Shown one piece after another: positions 42,878-52,075 of a stretch of 64,000 nucleotides of DNA. A program made the position numbers and the translations under genes. The notes under the pieces were generated by a model that was not told where the DNA came from, searched no databases, and saw nothing but the letters and a program-made list of their open reading frames with translations. Within the stretch, counting starts at the first letter, position 1. Every line of letters starts with the position of its first letter. This DNA is from Candidatus Sericytochromatia bacterium (GTDB taxonomy: Bacteria; Cyanobacteriota; Sericytochromatia; S15B-MN24; UBA4093): the NCBI GenBank assembly GCA_036676495.1, contig JAKFCT010000014.1, positions 101,893-165,892 of the forward strand, written 5' to 3'.

Positions 42878-43210
42878 TCAGGGGCGCTGCTTGGCGTCGA
42901 GCTTGGCCCGCATCACTTCGAGCGGCTCCCAGAAGGTCCCCGGAAACTCCTCGGAATCGCCCGGGTTGACGAGCTCGTCGGGCCACGGGCTGCGATGATT
43001 GAAGCCGCGTCGCACCATCTCCGCGGCCAGTTGATCATGCCGACTCCGCATCGCCTTGCTATGGCCCACCCAGCGCTGCGTTTCCGGGTGGTTGCGGTAG
43101 CCCCGGTTGAGGCCCGCGATCGCCCGGGCCATGATCAGCAGTTCGTTGTGTTCCGCCAAGAGCCGCTTGTTGTCGAGCTCTTCGACGGGAATGGGATACC
43201 AGCTTCGCAT
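42878..43210 (-). CDS. Pyrimidine dimer DNA glycosylase / T4 endonuclease V-like protein
   Basis: MRSW..., LDNKRLLAEHNEL, GYRNHPETQRW, EMVRRGFNH; GAGGAGG RBS. Confidence 0.7.
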   Translation of the reverse strand: MRSWYPIPVEELDNKRLLAEHNELLIMARAIAGLNRGYRNHPETQRWVGHSKAMRSRHDQLAAEMVRRGFNHRSPWPDELVNPGDSEEFPGTFWEPLEVMRAKLDAKQRP

Positions 43211-43339
43211 CGGGTCCTCCTCGAGGCCATGATAACGCGTGAGCCACCCGCGTCCACGCCGCATGGGCGGGAGCATGGTGTATGATCGAGGCGTTCAAGC
43301 GGATATCCCCCCTCCTCCTATGGGAAACGTGAGCTGCCA

Positions 43340-44464
43340 ATGAATCATCCAGTCGTGATCAGCGGGACCGGGCTATTCACCCCTCCCCATGCCGTGAGCA
43401 ACGAGGAGCTCGTCTCCTCCTTCAACGCCTACGTGGCGGCTTACAACCGCGAGAATGCCGAGGCGATCACCGCCGGCACCCTGGCGCCCCTGGCCGAGTC
43501 CAGCGTCGACTTCATCCTCAAGGCCTCGGGCATCAAGAGCCGCTTCCTCATGGATCGCGAGGGCGTGCTGGACCCCGCGCGCATGTGCCCCAACCTGCCG
43601 GAGCGAGACAACGAGACCCTTTCCATCCAGGCCGAGATGGCGGTCGCCGCCGCGCGCCAGGCGCTCGCGAACGCGGGTCGCGAGGCCTCGGACATCGACA
43701 TGGTGCTGGTGGCCTGTTCCAACATGCAGCGCCCGTACCCGGCGATCGCCATCGAGGTGCAAGGCGCCCTGGGCATCACGGGCTTCGGCTTCGACCTCAA
43801 CGTGGCCTGCTCCTCGGCGACCTTCGGCATCCAGACGGCCGTCAGCGCGATCCAGTCGGGCCAGGCCAAGGCCGTGCTCATGGTCAACCCGGAGATCTGC
43901 TCGGCCCACCTCAACTTCCGGGACCGCGACAGCCACTTCATCTTCGGCGATGCCTGCACGGCCGTCATCCTGGAGCGGGCGGATCTGGCCCGGGCCAAGG
44001 ACCGTTTCGAGGTGCTGGGAACCCGGCTCGCCACCGCGTTCTCCAACAACATCCGCAACAACTTCGGCTTCCTCAACCGGACCGCTCCCGAGGGGCAGGG
44101 CAAGCCGGACAAGCTCTTCGTCCAGCAAGGCCGCAAGGTCTTCAAGGAAGTCTGCCCGATGGTGGCCGAGCACATCACCGAACACCTGGCCGCAAACGCC
44201 ATCTCCCCGTCCGACGTGCGGAGATTCTGGCTGCACCAGGCCAACCTGAGCATGAACCAGCTGATCGCCAAGCGCATCCTGGGTCGGGAAGCCACCGAGA
44301 GCGAAGCTCCGGTGATCCTCGATCGCTACGCCAACACCAGTTCGGCGGGGTCGGTCATCGCCTTCCACCTGCACCACGACGATCTGGCCGCGGGGGATAT
44401 CGGGGTCGTCTCGAGCTTCGGCGCCGGCTACTCGGTCGGCAGCGTGATCCTCAGGAAACGCTGA
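43340..44464 (+). CDS. Beta-ketoacyl-ACP synthase III (long, PA3286-like type)
   Basis: DLNVACSSATFG (Cys), WLHQAN (His), YANTSSAG (Asn), RDSHFIFGD, SNNIRNNFGFLN. Confidence 0.9.
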   Translation: MNHPVVISGTGLFTPPHAVSNEELVSSFNAYVAAYNRENAEAITAGTLAPLAESSVDFILKASGIKSRFLMDREGVLDPARMCPNLPERDNETLSIQAEMAVAAARQALANAGREASDIDMVLVACSNMQRPYPAIAIEVQGALGITGFGFDLNVACSSATFGIQTAVSAIQSGQAKAVLMVNPEICSAHLNFRDRDSHFIFGDACTAVILERADLARAKDRFEVLGTRLATAFSNNIRNNFGFLNRTAPEGQGKPDKLFVQQGRKVFKEVCPMVAEHITEHLAANAISPSDVRRFWLHQANLSMNQLIAKRILGREATESEAPVILDRYANTSSAGSVIAFHLHHDDLAAGDIGVVSSFGAGYSVGSVILRKR

Positions 44465-44490
44465 TACGGCTCCAGGCCTCCCAAGACATT

Positions 44491-44525
44491 GGCCCGCCCG
44501 GTGGGGATTTCCCACCGGGCGGGCC
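44491..44525. terminator. Stem-loop between convergent genes
   Basis: GGCCCGCCCGGTGGG-GATTT-CCCACCGGGCGGGCC. Confidence 0.7.
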
Positions 44526-44540
44526 TGATGATTTTTGGTT

Positions 44541-45713
44541 CTAGGGAACGTCGCCGGTCTTGTGCTCCGCGTCCTTGGGCTTCTGGCTCGGGGGGCGGTT
44601 GGTCTTCGCCGCTTGGACCAGCCGCTTGAACTCGTCGTCGTAGGCCTTCACCAGTTCCGGGGCGTTGCGAATGATGAGCAGTGCCTCGTTGTTGTTGACC
44701 TCGGCGTTCTGAGAGAAGTTGAAGGATCCCGTGATGACGGTCGAATCGTCGATCAGGATCACCTTGTGATGCATGAGGGCTTCGTTACCGTCCAGCCAGA
44801 CGCTCATGCCACTGGCCCTGAACTTCGGATAGAGGCTGTAGCGGCTGGCGGCCAGCCAGCGGTCGAAGACGCCCTCGACCTTGAGGCCGGCTTCGACCTT
44901 GGAATGGATCAGCAGGCCGAGCTCGACGTCGGTGAGGGAGAAGGTCATCAGGCGAATCCGCTTCTTGGCCTGGTCCATCTCGTCGAGAACGGCCTGGCGC
45001 CCGCCCCCACGGGGCGAGAAGAACGTCTGGACCGAGCCGGACTTGAAGGGCATGATGCGGCTGGGAAGCACCTCGGGGCGCTGGGACGCGCCGAAGGCCC
45101 GGTCCGTGAACATGCGCTCGAATTCGGCCGTGAAGACGCTCGCCAGCTCGCGAGAGCGGATGGTCAAGGCGTTGTTGTTGTGATGGTAGAGGCTGGTGGG
45201 GGTCAGGTTGGTCGACCCGGTCCAGACGGTATGGCCGTCCAGGACCATGAACTTGTGGTGCATGAAGCCGCTGCGCTCATCCGACACGACGGGGATCCCG
45301 GCGGCCCGCAAGCGGCGAATCGCCTCGCGCACCTTGCTGGGATCCGTCTTGTCCACCAAGTTGTCGGAATCGGTGACCAGGCGGACGCGCACGCCGCGCG
45401 CCTTGGCCTTCAGGATCTCGTCGACGGCATCCAGGGCCTCGATGTCGAAGAACGCCCCATCGAGCGTCTCCTTGGAGCGCTGGATGATGCGGAAGAGCGT
45501 CTGGTGGGTGTTGTAGGGAGAGCGCTTCGCCTCTTCCTCGTTGGCGGAGATGCGATCGTGGTAGGCGATGTTGAAGGACGGAGCGATGGTCTGCTCGCTC
45601 CAAGCGGCCTCGAAGCCGGCCGTGGTCCGATCGAGGGCAGGCGCCGTCCCTCCGCAAGCGGAAAGCAGAAGGGAAAGAATGAGCGCCGGGACGCGTAAGG
45701 GCTTCGGTATCAT
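44541..45713 (-). CDS. Phospholipase D superfamily lipoprotein (two HKD motifs)
   Basis: LSA-C lipobox; HHKFMVLD..TGSTN and HHKVILID..TGSFN. Confidence 0.9.
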   Translation of the reverse strand: MIPKPLRVPALILSLLLSACGGTAPALDRTTAGFEAAWSEQTIAPSFNIAYHDRISANEEEAKRSPYNTHQTLFRIIQRSKETLDGAFFDIEALDAVDEILKAKARGVRVRLVTDSDNLVDKTDPSKVREAIRRLRAAGIPVVSDERSGFMHHKFMVLDGHTVWTGSTNLTPTSLYHHNNNALTIRSRELASVFTAEFERMFTDRAFGASQRPEVLPSRIMPFKSGSVQTFFSPRGGGRQAVLDEMDQAKKRIRLMTFSLTDVELGLLIHSKVEAGLKVEGVFDRWLAASRYSLYPKFRASGMSVWLDGNEALMHHKVILIDDSTVITGSFNFSQNAEVNNNEALLIIRNAPELVKAYDDEFKRLVQAAKTNRPPSQKPKDAEHKTGDVP

Positions 45714-45814
45714 CAGCATGGCCTCCGAAGAGGTTATCGCTGAATCTCCGGCATCCGTGCCCGAAAGCCCCGAGACTTAACGTAAAGCTATTGCAAGCAT
45801 TACCTGAGGCGGGA

Positions 45815-46090
45815 TCAGTACCCGTCGATGCACGCGCTCAGGTGGTCGTAGTACTGCGCGGACGACATGCGGCTGTCGGAGCCGCTGCGTTCGGCGTGTT
45901 CGGCGCATTTCAGGTTATTGGCGTGAATGGCGGCGGCCACCACCTTGGCGATCTCCACCCCCAGCTCCGGCAGCACGTCCGGCATCGGCTCGGAATCGGC
46001 CATGCGGGCTTGAAGCTGCTGAAGCGAGCCGTGGATCCGGCCCGTGATCAGATCGAGCAGTTCGGTTTCGGAGAGGCCCGGAGTTTTCAT
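45815..46090 (-). CDS. Hypothetical helical protein (91 aa)
   Basis: AGGTG RBS before ATG 46090; fills the intergenic gap. Confidence 0.55.
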   Translation of the reverse strand: MKTPGLSETELLDLITGRIHGSLQQLQARMADSEPMPDVLPELGVEIAKVVAAAIHANNLKCAEHAERSGSDSRMSSAQYYDHLSACIDGY

Positions 46091-46171
46091 GGTTTCACCT
46101 GGCATCATGGCGAGACGAGGGACATGGGGAAGCCTACCGCAAGGCGCGGCCCGTGGGTAGCGCGGTTTCCA

Positions 46172-46244
46172 CGGATCTTGGCCGCAGGCGCCGGATCTTG
46201 GCCGCAGGCGCCGGATCTTGGCCGCAGGCGCCGGATCTTGGCCG
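46172..46244. repeat. Perfect 20-bp tandem repeat (CGGATCTTGGCCGCAGGCGC), about 3.6 copies
   Basis: Read directly; no spacers. Confidence 0.95.
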
Positions 46245-46255
46245 GGGGGAGGCCG

Positions 46256-46284
46256 AAAAAAAGTGCCCCGGCTTAGGCCGGGGC
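46256..46284 (-). terminator. Intrinsic terminator after the DUF1292 gene
   Basis: GCCCCGGC stem with 4-nt loop followed by ACTTTTTTT on the minus strand. Confidence 0.8.
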
Positions 46285-46301
46285 GGTCGGGAACGATCCC
46301 G

Positions 46302-46544
46302 TTAGTGGTGGGCGTGGCCCTGCAGGTGGGAAACCACGTGGTTGAACTCGGTTTCGTCCTCGATGTTCACCAGGGTCTCGTCGACCACCTTGAGGATCAG
46401 CACTTCGGCCTCTTCCTCCGCGGCGCCGGCCGGGGTCAGAAGGGCATAAGACTGGCCGTGAATCTGCACCACTTCGACGACCTCGAAGTCCTGCTCCTTG
46501 CCGTCCTCGTCGATGAGCGTGACGAGGTTTTCGTTCTCTTCCAT
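46302..46544 (-). CDS. DUF1292 family acidic small protein
   Basis: VTLIDEDGKEQDFEVV...YALLTP...LVNIEDETEFNHV; AGGAGG RBS. Confidence 0.85.
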   Translation of the reverse strand: MEENENLVTLIDEDGKEQDFEVVEVVQIHGQSYALLTPAGAAEEEAEVLILKVVDETLVNIEDETEFNHVVSHLQGHAHH

Positions 46545-46548
46545 GTTA

Positions 46549-46679
46549 GCCTCCTAGGGGCAATCCCGACCCGGAGAGCGTCCTAAGCCCGCGCGGCATC
46601 GGTGTTGGGATGTGAGCTTCGTTCGGCAGTGACTCAGGCGACCCCTCGCCGGGGGATTGAGCGCATGGCCGTTCAAGGC
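46549..46679 (-). ncRNA. Candidate structured 5' leader RNA (unassigned family)
   Basis: Nested helices CAATCCC/GGGATTG, CCGG/CCGG, GAG/CTC, GTC/GAC, CTGAGTC/GGCTTAG with G-U pairs favouring the minus strand. Confidence 0.4.
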
Positions 46680-46737
46680 GATTCTCGATTATTCCGGATC
46701 TCCGCGCTGAAACACAAGTCAAAATGGGAAACTATTT

Positions 46738-47202
46738 TTAGCGCTTCTTCTTCGTCTTGAGGCGGGGCTTCTGCACCCGGCGGGCGCGCACCACGAGCAT
46801 CTTGGCGAGCAGGGACATGGCCGCGCTTTCGCTCGCCGGCACGTGAATCCAGGCCGGGTCCTGGCCGGAAGCCAAGGCCGCTACCTTCAGGCGATCGAAC
46901 AGGGCGCGCTCCTCGGGAGTCTCCGGCATGACGGCGTCCCATTCGTCGGCCTTGAGGTTCAAGCTGACCTCGAAGCCTCCATCGATGAGCGAGAGCGCGA
47001 CGAAGAAGCGATCGCCCGACAGGTAGGAGCGGTAGGACCATGCCCCGGTGGCCTCGGAGTGGGCCCACTTCCAGGTGGCGCCGAACTCGATGACGGTCTC
47101 GCGCAGGGCGTTCCAGTCGTTGAGGCGATCGCCGAGCGCTTCGGCGAGTCGCTCGCGGTTGGGGGGAAGGCCACGGGTGGGGGCGGGTTTGCTATCGGTC
47201 AT
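46738..47202 (-). CDS. DUF3788-like protein
   Basis: WKW...GAWSYR....RFFVALS....FEVSL...WIHV pattern. Confidence 0.6.
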   Translation of the reverse strand: MTDSKPAPTRGLPPNRERLAEALGDRLNDWNALRETVIEFGATWKWAHSEATGAWSYRSYLSGDRFFVALSLIDGGFEVSLNLKADEWDAVMPETPEERALFDRLKVAALASGQDPAWIHVPASESAAMSLLAKMLVVRARRVQKPRLKTKKKR

Positions 47203-47320
47203 GGGGCTGAACTCGCGTTTCTAAGCTGCGGAAGGGGGCGTGGTCGGCCTCCAGTGTACTTCAAAAGCGAGAGCAGGGATACGCTCCGCGCTCGGGAGCG
47301 ATGCCAGGTTTGGCGCCTTG

Positions 47321-48628
47321 CTAGGCGCTCTGCGCTTCGCACGAGGGGCGATCGCTTTCCGGCACCGGGTGGATCACCTTCTCGTAGGCCTGAAGGACCA
47401 CTTCCTGCTCGGCACGGCGCAAGCCGTCGATCGCGTCGTAATCGGCGATCAGCACCTCCAGGATGGCGGCGTCGATCTTCCCGCGGCCCGCCATGTCCTG
47501 AAGGATGGCGAGCACCTGCGCCTTTTCCATGCCCCGGCGGTAGGGCCGATCCTCGGAGAGGGCGGTGAAAATGTCCGCGACGCTCATGACGCGCGATCCC
47601 AGGGGCAGGCTGTCCCGGTCGTAATGAAACGGATAGCCGTCGCCGTCGAGGGTCTCATGGTGAAAGGAGGCCCAAACGTTGATGGTGTCGAGGCCGTCGA
47701 TCGTCTTGAGGGTCTGGTACGTGTAGTAGGTGTGCTTGCGGACGATCCGCATCTCCTCGTCCGTGAGGCGGCCAGGCTTGTTGAGGATCTCGGAGGCGAT
47801 CGCCAGCTTGCCCAGGTCGTGGAGGTAACCGGCGACCCGCATCAGGATGCCCTCGCTGCGCGAAAAGCCCATGCGGATGGCGAGCGCTTCGGCCACGATC
47901 GCCACTCCGCTCGAATGGGTGGCCGTGAACGGGGTCCGGAAGTCGATGATCTGCGAGAAGAGCTGGGAAATGCTGAGCAAGCTGTCGAGATCCAGCTCGA
48001 AGCCGAAGGTGGAGCTGGCGAGCGTCTCGTGGAGGATGGTATCGAGCCGCGGAGAGATCAGGTCGAGCCAGAAGGCCTCGCGCTCGGATAGCTTGACGAA
48101 GGCCTCGACCACTTCCGGCATGAACATGGTTCCGGAATGCTGGCGCGCCAGGGCCACGATCTCGGGCACCTGATGCAGGATCTCGCGCTGGTAGTCGATC
48201 ATCACCTCGAGCCGGTCGGCGAAGTGAAGCACGTGGTTCTCGATCGGGACGCGATCGCCGGGGAGGCGGTTCGCCTGGTCCTGCTCCCAGGCGACGTGAT
48301 GTGCCCGGATGATGGGGGCGACCTTGGCGAAGGGCGCGAAATCCCGGATCAGGCGGTAACCGATCTCGGCATGGTCACCGTTCGCCCGGCCCTCGAAGTC
48401 GTGGATCCGCTGGACCTCCTCCAGCGACAGCGCACCGATGTCGTGGACCGCCGCAGCCAGCGTCACGTGGTATTCGAGCTCCTTGTCGAGTCCGAGCGCG
48501 CTGGCGAGGGTGGCGGCCAGGTAGGCCACCCGCTTGTGATGATGGACGATGCGAGAATCGACGAGATCGAGCGCGAAGGAGAGGCTCATGATCATGTCGA
48601 ACGACGAAACGGTGATCTTTCGGTGCAT
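47321..48628 (-). CDS. Tandem HD-GYP domain phosphodiesterase
   Basis: N-terminal HHKRV/VHDIG; C-terminal THSSGV, LHDLGK, HHETLDGDGYP, EDRPYR; GAGGAG RBS before ATG 48628. Confidence 0.9.
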   Translation of the reverse strand: MHRKITVSSFDMIMSLSFALDLVDSRIVHHHKRVAYLAATLASALGLDKELEYHVTLAAAVHDIGALSLEEVQRIHDFEGRANGDHAEIGYRLIRDFAPFAKVAPIIRAHHVAWEQDQANRLPGDRVPIENHVLHFADRLEVMIDYQREILHQVPEIVALARQHSGTMFMPEVVEAFVKLSEREAFWLDLISPRLDTILHETLASSTFGFELDLDSLLSISQLFSQIIDFRTPFTATHSSGVAIVAEALAIRMGFSRSEGILMRVAGYLHDLGKLAIASEILNKPGRLTDEEMRIVRKHTYYTYQTLKTIDGLDTINVWASFHHETLDGDGYPFHYDRDSLPLGSRVMSVADIFTALSEDRPYRRGMEKAQVLAILQDMAGRGKIDAAILEVLIADYDAIDGLRRAEQEVVLQAYEKVIHPVPESDRPSCEAQSA

Positions 48629-48913
48629 AAGCTCCTCGGACGACGGCTTTCCCTGCGCGACGCGGATCTCGCCGACGGGAAGGGGGATGAAGGGTGTCCG
48701 AGTGGAAGCTTGGGAAATAGAGGCCAAAATCATCATACAATCCCATGTCAACCCGATTTCAGGAACGATCCGTCGACTGAAAAGCATAAAAGCGCCCGCT
48801 TTTCAGACGAGATTTCGAGTTTTGATGCGGTTTCCGGGCCGCCGAACCCAGGCTTGATAATGCTTGGCCGCTTGCCGGACGCCCCCTTTCGCGGTCAATG
48901 ACGGCCTCCGTCA

Positions 48914-49732
48914 TCAATCCTTCAAGCCCGTCGTGGCCACCCCCTTGATGAAGTGGCGCTGGAAGATCACGAAGACCAGCAGCACGGGCAGGGTGTTGAA
49001 CATGGATCCCGCCATGATGAGGGTCCACTTGGTGATGTAGAGCCCCTTGAAGAAGTTGAGGCCGATGGGGAGCGTGAAGAGCTCGGGGGAGTTGAGCACG
49101 ATCAGCGGCCATGAGAAGGCGTTCCAGCTCCCCATGAAGCTGGTGATGGTGATGGTCGCAAGGACCGGACCGCTCAAGGGGACGATGATCCACCGGAACA
49201 TCCCGTAGCGCGAGAGGCCGTCGAGCGTTGCGGCCTCTTCCAGTTCGCGCGGCAGGTTCTTGAGGAATTGCGCGACCAGGAAGGTCCCGGAAGCCAGGCT
49301 TCCGACGACTCCTGGGATCAGCCCCCAGTACGTGTTCACCCAGCCCAGGTGCGCGAGGGTGACGTAGTTCGGGATCCACAGGACCTGGCCCGGGATCATC
49401 ATCGAGCCGAGCAAGGTCACGAAGAGGACGGGGCGCCCGGGAAAGGCGATCCGCGCGAGGGCGAAGCCCCCCATCATGCTCACGAGAACGAGCAAGACCA
49501 CCGAGATCGCCGCGATGAACAGGCTATTGAGCACCCATTGCAGAAAGAGCGGGGTCGACCTCATGACCTCCACGTAGTTCTCCAGGGTGGGCGGGCTCGG
49601 CAAGAGGCCGGGTGCGAAGGCTTCGCTCGGGGCCTTCAGGGACGTGAGCAGGGCGAAGACGAAGGGAAATATCGAGAAGAGGGTGAAGGCCACCAGCACC
49701 GCATAGAAGCCGAAGCGCTTGAGGGCTTGCAT
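48914..49732 (-). CDS. Carbohydrate ABC transporter permease (MalG-like)
   Basis: LPRELEEAATLDG EAA loop, WNAFSWPL, FQRHFIKG. Confidence 0.93.
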   Translation of the reverse strand: MQALKRFGFYAVLVAFTLFSIFPFVFALLTSLKAPSEAFAPGLLPSPPTLENYVEVMRSTPLFLQWVLNSLFIAAISVVLLVLVSMMGGFALARIAFPGRPVLFVTLLGSMMIPGQVLWIPNYVTLAHLGWVNTYWGLIPGVVGSLASGTFLVAQFLKNLPRELEEAATLDGLSRYGMFRWIIVPLSGPVLATITITSFMGSWNAFSWPLIVLNSPELFTLPIGLNFFKGLYITKWTLIMAGSMFNTLPVLLVFVIFQRHFIKGVATTGLKD

Positions 49733-49736
49733 AGGC

Positions 49737-50630
49737 TCACTCTCCCAGCAAGCGCTTCTGACCCATGGTGGCCAGGAAGATCAGGGTGGCCAGGACGAAG
49801 GCGATCGCGCAGGCGTACCCCATGTTGAAGTGGACGAAGGCTTCCGTGTACAAGAGGTACGCCATCGTCATGGTGGCCTTGAGGGGGCCGCCGTTGGTCA
49901 TGATGAAGACCTGGTCGAAGACCTGAAACGCGCCGATCAATCCCATGGTGCCCACGTAGAAGAAGGTCGGCTTCAAGAGCGGCAGGGTGACGTACCAGAG
50001 CTGCGCCAGCGTCCCCGCGCCGTCGAGGCGCGCGACCTCGTAGAGGGTCTCGGGGATGTCCTGGAGGCCGGCCAAGAAGACGATCATGAAGAAGCCCGCC
50101 GTCGACCAGACGTTCATGGCCATGAGCGACGGGAGGGCGGTATGCAGGTTGCCCAGCCAGTCGACCGGCACGGAGAGGCCGGTGGCCGCGAAAAGGCGTT
50201 CCAGACCGATCCAGGCCAGAGCCTGGTTGAGGATGCCGTTCTTGAAGAAGATCGCCATGAAGATGAGCGAGATGGCCACCGAGCTGGTCACGGAAGGCAG
50301 GAAGAAGGCCACGCGAAACACCGTCTTGCCCCGGATGCGCTGATCCATCAAGAGCGCCAAGAGGAATGCGAGCAGGGTTTGAGCGATGACCACCCCCGCC
50401 GTGTAGAAGACGGTGTTGCGCAGGCTGATCCAGAAATCCCCGTGCCGGAGCAAGGTTTGATAGTTCGAAAGGCCGACCCAGCGAGGACTGCCGAAGAGAT
50501 CGTACGCGTGAAAGGAAAGCCAGAACGCGTTGAGCAGCGGCCAGAGGACGAAGACCAGGAGCAGGAGGAGGAAGGGGGCGAGAAAGACGAGCGCGGCGAG
50601 GATCTCCGTCCAGTAGCGGCCGAGGTTCAT
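49737..50630 (-). CDS. Carbohydrate ABC transporter permease (MalF-like)
   Basis: VGLSNY, LQDIPETLYEVARLDGA, FQVFDQV, GYACA. Confidence 0.93.
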   Translation of the reverse strand: MNLGRYWTEILAALVFLAPFLLLLLVFVLWPLLNAFWLSFHAYDLFGSPRWVGLSNYQTLLRHGDFWISLRNTVFYTAGVVIAQTLLAFLLALLMDQRIRGKTVFRVAFFLPSVTSSVAISLIFMAIFFKNGILNQALAWIGLERLFAATGLSVPVDWLGNLHTALPSLMAMNVWSTAGFFMIVFLAGLQDIPETLYEVARLDGAGTLAQLWYVTLPLLKPTFFYVGTMGLIGAFQVFDQVFIMTNGGPLKATMTMAYLLYTEAFVHFNMGYACAIAFVLATLIFLATMGQKRLLGE

Positions 50631-50650
50631 CTCCACCTCCCCTTTCGACC

Positions 50651-51901
50651 CTAAAGTTGACCGAGCAGATCGATGTCCCTGGCGGCGTCCTCCAGGGCCC
50701 GAGCGGATGATTTGACGCCCAGGAGGACCTCTTGGAGCGCGACGCCGAGCCGGTCGTTGATCCGGGGCCCCTGCGGTCCGAAGTCATAGGGCTGCGCATA
50801 GACCGCCGCGTCGAGGATCGGCTGGTACTCGGGATGGGCCGCGACGTACTTCCGGCTGATCGCGCTGCGGCTGGGCAGCGCGAAGGTGACCTGGCTTTGA
50901 GCCTCTTCGCTGGTCAGGAACTCGATCAATTGCCAGGCCGCATCGACGTGCTTCGACCTCTGGGGAATGACGTACGCCACGGTGAAGAGGAAATTGCTCC
51001 GACCGGCAGGCCCCCTGGGCAGCTGGGCGACCCCGTAGGGAAGCTTCGGGAAGGTGGTCTGAAGGTAGGGGGTCAACCAGGATCCCTCGAAGGCCATGGC
51101 CGCATCCTGGCGACCGAAGGCATCCCCGGAAAAGCTGCTGCCCACCTCGGAGGGAAAGATGGCCGCATGATCGACGCGCTTGAGGCCGGCATAGAAATCC
51201 AGCGCCCGGATGCCTTCCGGGCTTGCGATCGTGCACTTGCCGTCCGGCCCGAAGAGCGTCGCGCCGAACATGAAGGCGATCGGCAAGAAGCGGTCGGCCG
51301 TGTCCGGGGTCAGGGCGAAGCCGTACTGAGCATGAGGCCCGCCCCGCCGCGTCAGCGCTCGCGCAGCCTCGCGGAAGCGTTCGAGATCCCATTCGCCGTC
51401 CGGGTAGGCGAGGCCGGCGCGGTCGAAGGACTCGCGGTTGAAGTAGAGGCCCAGGGTGTTGAAGTCCTTGGGGATTCCATACGTCGTCTCCCCCTCGCGA
51501 AAGGCGTTCATGAGAGAGGGGATGAAATCGGCCGGGCGGATCGTGGAGCGGGCGAGCAAATCGTCGAGGGGCCTGAGGATCTTGCGCTTGGCCAGGAACG
51601 GCTTGAAGTAGAGGATATCGAGGTAGAGGACGTCCGGCGCCGTCCCGCTGGCCAGCATGGTGAGGACCTTGGGGTAGTAATTGCCGGGCACGGGCTCGTA
51701 GCGGGCGTGGATCGCGCTCTGGGAGGCGTTGAAGTCCGCCACCAGCTTCTGCATGAGATCCGTCTCGGCAGGGTTGCCGGCGTAGCCCGAGAAGCGGATG
51801 GAGACCTTGCCCTCGGAGTCGGTTGCGGAGGGCAAGCAGCCCGCGAGAACGCCCAAGAGGACAAGGAGGGCCGTCAAGGGGCGGAACAAACGTGCAGCCA
51901 T
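50651..51901 (-). CDS. Sugar ABC transporter substrate-binding lipoprotein
   Basis: LAG-C lipobox, GTAPDV, YGIPKDFNTLGLYFN, AMAFEGSW. Confidence 0.9.
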   Translation of the reverse strand: MAARLFRPLTALLVLLGVLAGCLPSATDSEGKVSIRFSGYAGNPAETDLMQKLVADFNASQSAIHARYEPVPGNYYPKVLTMLASGTAPDVLYLDILYFKPFLAKRKILRPLDDLLARSTIRPADFIPSLMNAFREGETTYGIPKDFNTLGLYFNRESFDRAGLAYPDGEWDLERFREAARALTRRGGPHAQYGFALTPDTADRFLPIAFMFGATLFGPDGKCTIASPEGIRALDFYAGLKRVDHAAIFPSEVGSSFSGDAFGRQDAAMAFEGSWLTPYLQTTFPKLPYGVAQLPRGPAGRSNFLFTVAYVIPQRSKHVDAAWQLIEFLTSEEAQSQVTFALPSRSAISRKYVAAHPEYQPILDAAVYAQPYDFGPQGPRINDRLGVALQEVLLGVKSSARALEDAARDIDLLGQL

Positions 51902-52075
51902 ACCTCCTCGTGCGGCGGATGCGCCGCGCTGTGACGCCGTGACGTCCCCACGCTAGCAGACCGACGGAGAGCGAGAAAGGGCCCGATTGAGAAAAATCCC
52001 CTCGGAACGAAAGAAAGGCGAAAGGCAAAGGCTCCCCGGCTCGCGGGGAGGCCTGACGACGCGCGTCGAAGCGGG

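Noticed and set aside
44541-45713. PLD as an anti-phage nuclease
   Set aside because: Lipoprotein signal and no helicase or methylase neighbours
46172-46244. Possible CRISPR array
   Set aside because: Repeats are contiguous with no spacers and there are no cas genes
46549-46679. Identification of the leader hairpin as SRP RNA, 6S RNA or TPP riboswitch
   Set aside because: No SRP CAGG-GGAA-AGCAG motif, too short for 6S with no central bubble, TPP core absent; kept as an unassigned candidate
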